A stretch of DNA of 64,000 bases from Planctomycetota bacterium (GTDB taxonomy: Bacteria > Planctomycetota > UBA1135 > GCA-002686595): assembly GCA_002686595.1 (NCBI GenBank), contig NYXZ01000127.1, forward strand, positions 2,702 to 66,701. Reading direction: 5' to 3'. A program made the position numbers and the translations under genes. Shown piece after piece: positions 57,661 to 64,000 of the stretch. Every line of letters begins with the position of its first letter. Within the stretch, counting starts at the first letter, position 1. The notes below the pieces were generated by a model. It was not told where the DNA came from. It worked only from the letters and a program-made list of their open reading frames with translations, and ran no database searches.

Positions 57661-59097
57661 TCAGTTGTGATAGGTGTCCCGGAAGTGTTGGAAGAGATCC
57701 AGGGGCGTGAGTCCGAGGCGCTGGCCGAAGGCTCGGCGCGGGTGAATCACAAAGGCGTCCTGTTCCTCTGGCTCGTTGCCTCCGTGGCAGCCGTACTCGT
57801 CGAGGAAGTTCCACACCAGGCCCTCTTCCCGGGCGGCGAAGAGCACCAGGTCTCCGGAATCTGGCAGGTCGAGCAGGGCGAAGAGGTCCGCCAGGAGAGG
57901 GGCGTCCAGTCCGGCGGGTGGGGGGCTGTCCCGCAATACATGCGCCACCGCCGCGCCTCGGTGATAGAAGAGGCCATTATATGGGCTCCGCGACACCCAC
58001 CAGGCCACATAGCGCGATTCAGCCAAGGTCTCCTTGAGGAGCGGGACAAGTTGAGCGACCTCACCATCCAAGAGCGGGCTCTCTCCCGCCCCCAGGTACA
58101 GGTGCGCCAGGTTGCCGGTGGCGCGCAGGCGCAGGGCCGGCGCAGGGGGTGACTGGTCGGCCAGGGCCTCCTCCAGCAGTTCCTCGAAGGGGCGGCCGGC
58201 GTGCTCGGCGATGGGACGCGAGGGCGCCATGCCGTGATCGCTCATGATGTAAAAGTCGTAGGAGCAGCGGCGGGCACGACGGGCCAGGCGGTGCAGGCGT
58301 TTGAGGTCGCGGTCAACTAGGGACAAACTCCAGAGGGCGTAGGCGTGGCGCGGGCCCCGCAGGTGGGCGGCCTTGTCGTAGCCGATGAAGTTCACGAACA
58401 GGTGGCGCGTGCCCTCGCGCAGTTCGTGTCCAACGGCCGCCAGGGTGAGTTCGCTGGCGAGCACATTTGCCAGACTGCGAATCACATAGGAGAAGCTGCC
58501 GCGGTGCAGTTCATGGTTCTTGAAGTCGCGCAGGATGTCGTAGGTTTCGCGGGCTGCCTCCGCGGTTGTGCGGTAGATGACGCGCGGCATTGTAATCAGG
58601 GCCCAGAGGGCGAGTTTGCAGCGATAGGCCACACGGGCCAGGCGTCCATCTTTGGTGGGGAAGAGGGAGCCGGCGCCGACTCCGGCGCTGGAGAATGTCG
58701 CCCGATCCGCGCCGCCGTCGAAGATGTTGAAGTAGCTGGCCCCGGAGTTTTCCAGGATGCCGAAGCGGCCGGCGAACTGATTGCGTTCGATGCGCGCCAC
58801 TTCGAATAGATTGCCGAAGTAGGTCGTCTCGCCGCTGGCGCGATTGAGAAAGCGGAAGCCGGGGAAGCGTTGGCGCGCTCCGTAGAGCAGTTCCGCTTGA
58901 ACCTTGGGAGTTGTGGCGGGAACGCCCGGGCGCAGGGGGGTGACATCGAAACCGTGGCGCTGGTGCCGGCCCTTGAAGAGGCGCGTCAGGAAGCGCAGGC
59001 GGCGGCGGCGCATGGCGAAGAGCAGGGTTTGCCAGGAAAGGGCATCCACTTGGACCAAGAGGAAGCCGCGGGGGGTGTCAGGGGTGCGCCGGGCCAT
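57661..59097 (-). CDS. Alkaline-phosphatase superfamily protein (NPP/type I phosphodiesterase-like)
   Basis: The start is set at MARRTPD (ATG at 59097). LLVQVDALS, the GVPATTPKVQAELLYG nucleophile region, FIGYDKAAH and YIMSDHGM are present. Confidence 0.7.
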   Translation of the reverse strand: MARRTPDTPRGFLLVQVDALSWQTLLFAMRRRRLRFLTRLFKGRHQRHGFDVTPLRPGVPATTPKVQAELLYGARQRFPGFRFLNRASGETTYFGNLFEVARIERNQFAGRFGILENSGASYFNIFDGGADRATFSSAGVGAGSLFPTKDGRLARVAYRCKLALWALITMPRVIYRTTAEAARETYDILRDFKNHELHRGSFSYVIRSLANVLASELTLAAVGHELREGTRHLFVNFIGYDKAAHLRGPRHAYALWSLSLVDRDLKRLHRLARRARRCSYDFYIMSDHGMAPSRPIAEHAGRPFEELLEEALADQSPPAPALRLRATGNLAHLYLGAGESPLLDGEVAQLVPLLKETLAESRYVAWWVSRSPYNGLFYHRGAAVAHVLRDSPPPAGLDAPLLADLFALLDLPDSGDLVLFAAREEGLVWNFLDEYGCHGGNEPEEQDAFVIHPRRAFGQRLGLTPLDLFQHFRDTYHN

Positions 59098-59155
59098 GGT
59101 CCGGTTCAGGACGCTGGCCGCCGGAAACGTGACTGGCGCTGATCTTGAGCCATGG

Positions 59156-60061
59156 CTAGTCCCAGTGGGGGCTGCTCCGGCGGTGATCGATGGGGGGCGA
59201 TTGCATGCCCTCAAGGAACGGCAGAGCCGCTTTCGCGGCGGCTTCGTTGCGCCGCTTGCCAGCCGGATAGCGCGTGACAAGGCGGCGGCGCAGCTCCATG
59301 GCCTTGGCTTGGGCCGCCTTGCCGTTGGTGTCGATGTGCAGCAGTTTTTTCAAGCCTCGCGGTCTGAGGGCCAATCGTATGCGATCCATGGAGCAATCCT
59401 GGAAGCGCCGCAAGAAACCACGGGAGAGGGAAAGGCGTTTGATCGGGTGCAGGCGCGCCACTCCCCGGCGCCAACGGTTGCGCTCGCTGATCAGGAGGAA
59501 GTGGTTGAAGATCAACTTGTTGGTGCGCATGGAGAGCGCCTTGCGCGGCACAGAGCGGTTGACCAGTTCGTCCAAGCCATCGAGCTCGCTCAGGTTTTTG
59601 AGGTGTGTGACGAAGTTCCAGCGTGCTTCAGCGATAAAGCGGTCCGCCGATAGTTCCCAGTACATGTGCCCAAACCCCCGCGTGCGTGCGAAGCGCGTCA
59701 GATGAAATGGCACGAAGTGGTTATGGGCGATGGTGTCCGCTGCCAGGTGCGCCAGATAGCCGAGGACAAAGGCCTCTTCGCGCCCGCCCCGGGCGTGTTC
59801 TCCCATGGCATCGATGATCGTCCAGCGGTGGCAGTGGTTGTAGTGGCCGCCGATTGCCTTCAGCTGGATGATGTCCGCTGCGATGTTGCCGTAGAAGAAG
59901 GCGTCTCGCTCCTCGGCGATCAGGCGCGCAGTGCGGGCCGGCAGCAGCTCGCGCCGCCGCCGCCAGGTGCGTTGGGCGAACTCCAGGTGGTGGCCGGGTC
60001 CCCAGCTCGCGCCGGAGAGGACACAGACCGCGAACAGGAGGGCGAGGAGCGTGGGGGACAT
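59156..60061 (-). CDS. Zinc-dependent phospholipase C-like protein
   Basis: It has a signal peptide. The mature N-terminus is W-G-P-G-H-H-LEFA. His-rich ligand segments are HYNHCHRW and LGYLAHLAADTIAHNHF. Confidence 0.65.
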   Translation of the reverse strand: MSPTLLALLFAVCVLSGASWGPGHHLEFAQRTWRRRRELLPARTARLIAEERDAFFYGNIAADIIQLKAIGGHYNHCHRWTIIDAMGEHARGGREEAFVLGYLAHLAADTIAHNHFVPFHLTRFARTRGFGHMYWELSADRFIAEARWNFVTHLKNLSELDGLDELVNRSVPRKALSMRTNKLIFNHFLLISERNRWRRGVARLHPIKRLSLSRGFLRRFQDCSMDRIRLALRPRGLKKLLHIDTNGKAAQAKAMELRRRLVTRYPAGKRRNEAAAKAALPFLEGMQSPPIDHRRSSPHWD

Positions 60062-60088
60062 GGTCCAGCATCATGCCACAGCCTTCCC

Positions 60089-61834
60089 ATGAGTCGTCCC
60101 ATGGGAAGGCAGCGAATGTGCGGGCTTGGCGGGCCTGGCCGGGAGGGCGGGACGAGGAAGCGGAGCAGCGGGCCTCGCGCCAGCTGTGACTCATCAAGCG
60201 GCGGGCCACCAAGTCCGCTAGGCGGGCAGCGGAAGCGGAGCGGTTTCAGGGCGGGGGTGCCGTGGGCGGCTCCGTTCCGTAGGCTGCCCCACAACCACCA
60301 CCTCTCCGTGCGTCGCCTCCCCCTGACTCTGCTCCTGGCCGCCCTGGCCGTTGCCCACGCCTGTTCCTTTGCGGGCTCGGGCCCCTTTGACGACGACTTC
60401 ATCCTCTACCGCTATGCCCGCAACCTGGCCCAGGGCCTGGGGCCCGTGTTCCAACCGGGGGAACGGGTGGAGGGCTTCACTTCGCCCCTGTCGGTCCTGC
60501 TCCTGGCCTGGTGCCTGCGCCTGGGCCTGGCGGCCCACAAGGCGAGCTTTTTGATCTCGTGCCTGGGTACGGTCATGGCGGTCTGCTCCCTGGACCTGCT
60601 CTGGCGGCGCGCGCGCCTGCAAAGCCGCTTCCCCCTGCCGGCCCTGCTGTTGGCCCTCAGTCCGGCCTTCGCCTGGCATGCGGTGGCGGGCCAGGGCACG
60701 ACCCTGGTGGCGGGCCTCTTGGCCGCGGCGCTCCTCTTCCACGAACGCGCCTCGCGGGCCCAGACCGGGGCGGGCTTGGCCGCCGCCCTGCTGGGCCTGG
60801 CCGCCCTGGCGCGCCCGGAGGCCCTGCTTTTCATTCCGCCCTTCCTATTAATAGAGCGCGGGCGTCCCGCCGCCCGCCTCCCGCTCCAGGCCCTGCTGGC
60901 CCTCGCCCCGACCCTGGCCTGGGGCGTCTTCCGCTACGCCTACTACGGCACCTTGCTGCCCATCACCTGGTCCCTGAAGAAGCTCCCGTTCCTCACGGAC
61001 CTCGGCTACGGAGCGAGTTACCTGGCCCGGGGCACCCTGGAAACCGGCTTCCTGCTGGCGGTCCTGCTGGCCCTGCCGCAGCTGCGCCGTTTTCGCACGG
61101 GAGCCCCTGACCGCACCCCGGCCTTCGCCGCCGCCGCCGCCGGCCTCGTCCTGCACACCCTTTTCACCGCCTACTCAGGGGGTGACTTCATTCCCCTCGG
61201 GCGCTTTTTGATGCCGGTGCTGCCCCTGGCCTTGTTCCTCGCCAGTGTGAGTGTCGCCCGTTGGTCATTGAAGCCGCCGGTCGCTGCAGCACTCGTGCTG
61301 CTGGCCTTGTTGGCGCCCCAATGGGTGCAGTCGCGCCGGGGAGAACTCTACCAGCGCCAGCGCGTGGAGGAGCAGCGCTGGATCCAGTTGGGCGAGGTCA
61401 TGGGCGGACGCCTGGCGCCGGACATGAAAGTGGCCTTGGCGCCCATCGGAGCATTCGGATTCGTTTCCGGCCTGCCCATCGTGGATTTGCTCGGGCGCAC
61501 CAACGACACCGTGCACCGCGCGGCGCCGGATTTGACCATCGCCATGAAAGGCCATCACCGCTTCGATGCGGAGTATGTCCTCGGCGAGCGCCCGGCCATG
61601 ATCATCCTGGGCAACGGCCGCACGGGAGCGGCGGCGGGCGCTGCTGAGCAGGCCGCGGGTCGTGGCCAGTTGGTGGTCAGCGCCTGGGAGCGCACGCTCT
61701 TCGAGCACCCGGTATTCAAGCGCGACTACGAGCCGCGGGTCTGCGCCATCCCCGAGGGCGACCCGCTGATTTTCTTCTGGCGCCGAGACATCTCGGCACC
61801 CGCCTGGTCACAGGCCATCGTTCAGAACAACTGA
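60089..61834 (+). CDS. Polytopic membrane protein, GT-C-type glycosyltransferase-like
   Basis: This is the 3' two-thirds of ORF 59666..61834. The 5' part is antisense to the PLC-like gene and was rejected. GPFDDDFILYRYARNLAQGLGPVFQPGERVEGFTSPL is followed by about 10 hydrophobic helices and a soluble C-terminal domain. The true start is uncertain and may be a downstream ATG or GTG. Confidence 0.55.
   Translation: MSRPMGRQRMCGLGGPGREGGTRKRSSGPRASCDSSSGGPPSPLGGQRKRSGFRAGVPWAAPFRRLPHNHHLSVRRLPLTLLLAALAVAHACSFAGSGPFDDDFILYRYARNLAQGLGPVFQPGERVEGFTSPLSVLLLAWCLRLGLAAHKASFLISCLGTVMAVCSLDLLWRRARLQSRFPLPALLLALSPAFAWHAVAGQGTTLVAGLLAAALLFHERASRAQTGAGLAAALLGLAALARPEALLFIPPFLLIERGRPAARLPLQALLALAPTLAWGVFRYAYYGTLLPITWSLKKLPFLTDLGYGASYLARGTLETGFLLAVLLALPQLRRFRTGAPDRTPAFAAAAAGLVLHTLFTAYSGGDFIPLGRFLMPVLPLALFLASVSVARWSLKPPVAAALVLLALLAPQWVQSRRGELYQRQRVEEQRWIQLGEVMGGRLAPDMKVALAPIGAFGFVSGLPIVDLLGRTNDTVHRAAPDLTIAMKGHHRFDAEYVLGERPAMIILGNGRTGAAAGAAEQAAGRGQLVVSAWERTLFEHPVFKRDYEPRVCAIPEGDPLIFFWRRDISAPAWSQAIVQNN
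60171..60240 (-). repeat. 70-nt copy of an internal coding segment of the VWA gene (partner 55759..55828)
   Basis: My manual alignment finds 61 of 70 nt identical. The minus-strand translation SASAARLADLVARRLMSHSWREA compares with SPSAARLADWVARHLMSQSWREA in the 541-aa protein. Similarity stops abruptly on both sides. Confidence 0.8.
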
Positions 61835-62113
61835 GGACGCCGGCCAGCGAGTAATGAAATCGCAGGGCACGACATCAAGCTGTAGGCCTGCACCTCCAAG
61901 CGCCCGCCCCACACCCATGGTCGCGAGCCGGCCGAGAAAACAGCGCCAGCCCGAGCGAGCCTCGAAGCACGGCCATTCCGCAATCGCGCAATTCAGGACG
62001 CGGTGCCAGCTCCCCCGGGCATCGGATAGTGCGCCCCTTGCCATGGCACTCCATGGTCGCCTCCAATGCGGCACTTCTTCGCGGAGCTCTTCCGTACGGT
62101 ATGCGATGCCGGA

Positions 62114-63892
62114 TTACCGAATAGCGAAGTCGTAGGGCAGGCGGGCCTGGATGCCGCTCGTGCGCAGCAGCGCGTCGAGGGAGCGCAAACGGGCCAGCAA
62201 ATCGAGCGCCGGTCGGCGTTGTGCCAGGCGCACCAGGTCATCGCTTTCTTCTTCGAGCACGCTTTCCAGGAAGCGCTCCAAGGCATCCCGATTGTCCATT
62301 TCATGGCGCACCCGGTAGCTCTCCAGTTTGGCCAGGGAAGCGGCTTCGATTACCGCCTCGTGCAGGCCGCCGAGGGAATCCACCAGGCCTAGTTCCAGGG
62401 CATCCACGCCCAACCAAACGCGACCCTGGCCAATCTCGTGGACGCGTTCTTGCGGCAGGGAGCGTCCCTTGGACACGCGTTCGAGGAAGTCCTGGTAGAT
62501 CTGATCCACGAAGGTCTGGAGGTTTTCCAACTCCGGTTCCGTTCGCGCGCGGTACATGGATTGGGCGTCGGCGTGGGGAGCAGTGCGCACGGTGTCCACC
62601 TGCACTCCGAGTTTGTCCAGCAGCCCATCAACGCTGGGCAAGAGTCCGAAGACGCCGATGGAGCCGGTGATCGTCTCGGGTCGGGCGACAATGTGGTCCG
62701 CCAGGCAGCTGATCCAATAGCCCCCGGAAGCCGCCAAACCGCCCATGGAAACCACCAGGGGTTTCTTCTCTTGGAGTCGGCGCAGCTCCTGGAGGATCAC
62801 TTCGGAGGCGGTGGCGCTGCCCCCGGGGCTGTTGACACGCAGGACAACGGCGCTCACTTCATCATCCTGGGCCAGGGCGCGAATCCGGCGCGCCAGGGTG
62901 TCGCCGCCCACCGCTTCCTCCGATTCGCCGTCCACAATGCCACCCTCCGCGTACAAGATGGCCACCGTCGGTTCGTCATCGTCGTCGTTCTCAAAGGGAT
63001 TCTCCGCCGCCAACCAGGCCCCTAGCGAGACCTGGGTGAAGGGCTCATCTTCTTCGGCTCCAGTCCGTTCCCGCAGCTGGTCGAGCAGTTCCGTGAAGTG
63101 CAGCTGCCCGCTCACCAGCCCCAGGGTCTCAGCCCGTTCAGCGGAGAGAAAGTGTCCCTCATCGGCCAGCTCGCCCAAGGTTTCGGCGGTCTTGTCCAGC
63201 CCCTGCGCCGCTCCCTGCGCGAACTGTTCGAAGAGACCGTCCAACAGTCGTTGCCACTGCTCCCGGTCAGCGCTGCTCATGGAGTCACGCAGGAAGGGAT
63301 CCACCGCTGACTTGAAGCGCCCCACCTTGATCACTTGCATCTCCACGCCTAGATCCGCCAGGCCCTCGCCGAAGAACATCATCTCAGCCGCGAAGCCGTC
63401 GAGGGAAACCGTGCCCAGGGGTTGTATCCAGCGTTCATCGGCGGCGCTCGCCATGTAGATCTCCGGCTCACTCCAATCCGCGAACCAGGCCGTCACCGGC
63501 TTGCCGGAAGCGGAGAACTCCTCGACCGCTTCCCGCAGGGCCGCCAACTGGGCCCAGGAGCGCCCGCGCGCCCAGCCGTGCAGCAGCAAACCGCTGATGC
63601 GTTCGTCCTCCCCGGCGGCGGCGATACCCGCCACCACCCGCGCCAGGGCCTTGGGCTGCTCAGCCTCCTGCAGGATTCCGGCCAAGGAGGCATTCCCCAG
63701 GCCGCGATCCGTGATGGGGTCGGACAGGTCGACGGTCAGAACAGCCCCCTCGGGCACAGAGTCGCCGCCCGCACCCAGGGCAGCCAAGGCCCCCAGGGCC
63801 AAAAGACAGCATCCAAGCAGCACGCAGGCACCCAGAAAGCCGCAGAGGGAGGCCAGGGAAGAGCGGAGAAATGAGGGCTGGGTGGTAGTCAT
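62114..63892 (-). CDS. sppA: Signal peptide peptidase SppA, 67K type (tandem ClpP/crotonase-like halves)
   Basis: It has an N-terminal TM. VVLRVNSPGGSATASE, the MGGLAASGGYWISCLADHIVA catalytic Ser region and GSIGVFG are present. Confidence 0.9.
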   Translation of the reverse strand: MTTTQPSFLRSSLASLCGFLGACVLLGCCLLALGALAALGAGGDSVPEGAVLTVDLSDPITDRGLGNASLAGILQEAEQPKALARVVAGIAAAGEDERISGLLLHGWARGRSWAQLAALREAVEEFSASGKPVTAWFADWSEPEIYMASAADERWIQPLGTVSLDGFAAEMMFFGEGLADLGVEMQVIKVGRFKSAVDPFLRDSMSSADREQWQRLLDGLFEQFAQGAAQGLDKTAETLGELADEGHFLSAERAETLGLVSGQLHFTELLDQLRERTGAEEDEPFTQVSLGAWLAAENPFENDDDDEPTVAILYAEGGIVDGESEEAVGGDTLARRIRALAQDDEVSAVVLRVNSPGGSATASEVILQELRRLQEKKPLVVSMGGLAASGGYWISCLADHIVARPETITGSIGVFGLLPSVDGLLDKLGVQVDTVRTAPHADAQSMYRARTEPELENLQTFVDQIYQDFLERVSKGRSLPQERVHEIGQGRVWLGVDALELGLVDSLGGLHEAVIEAASLAKLESYRVRHEMDNRDALERFLESVLEEESDDLVRLAQRRPALDLLARLRSLDALLRTSGIQARLPYDFAIR

Positions 63893-64000
63893 GGGAACTG
63901 GGGGGGGAGGGGTATTAGTGGCAGTAGATTCGCTCTAGATACTCAGTAATGGCCAGCAGTATTCGCCTTGTCAGGCATGAATCAGAGGTGAGCATGGAGC

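Noticed and set aside
59666-60088. 5' third of the 722-aa plus-strand ORF
   Set aside because: It overlaps the zinc-PLC-like gene in antisense and has no membrane or GT features. The real gene most likely begins after 60061.

Overview
Strongly GC-rich 64 kb window that reads as chromosomal core DNA of a diderm (Gram-negative-type) bacterium. I saw no transposase, integrase, phage gene, CRISPR array, rRNA or tRNA. Many long ORFs in the six-frame track are antisense or out-of-frame artefacts of the GC bias. The genes I can support are listed below.

**Left end to ~32.7 kb**
- M1 aminopeptidase.
- An AhpD-like gene split by one in-frame TGA (candidate selenoprotein).
- A Nudix-like gene.
- RNase P RNA (rnpB, minus strand).
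- A secreted HEAT/coiled-coil-VWA protein.
- An alpha/beta hydrolase lacking the nucleophile serine.
- ruvX, a mannose-1-P guanylyltransferase, a 1312-aa AsmA-like protein and alr.
- A small Lys-rich histone-fold-like protein with a clean intrinsic terminator.
- The minus-strand run tsaB, glmM, cdaA (fused to a YbbR/CdaR-like region), folP, ftsH.
- LptE-like and BamD-like lipoproteins, recO and a CNNM/CBS transporter.
- An ECF sigma factor, hutI, an HDOD protein, hisS and a CDP-alcohol phosphatidyltransferase.

**32.7-40.2 kb**
- A four-gene minus-strand block of exported proteins: a PPC-like repeat protein, a TPR protein, a CRTAC1/ASPIC-UnbV protein and a second PPC protein.
- The two PPC proteins share an unrecognised ~130-aa C-terminal module.

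**40.2 kb to right end**
- A PilZ protein.
- A complete, translationally coupled nuoA-N operon (41.1-54.6 kb).
- A second HEAT-VWA paralogue and a pentaheme cytochrome c.
- An AlkP/NPP-type enzyme, a zinc-PLC-like protein, a GT-C-like membrane protein and sppA.

**Most noteworthy**
- The exported PPC/TPR/CRTAC1 block with its shared C-terminal module.
- The UGA-containing AhpD-like gene.
- The Lys-tailed histone-fold candidate.
- The CdaA-CdaR fusion.
- A 70-nt copy of an internal VWA-gene segment lying in a divergent promoter region.
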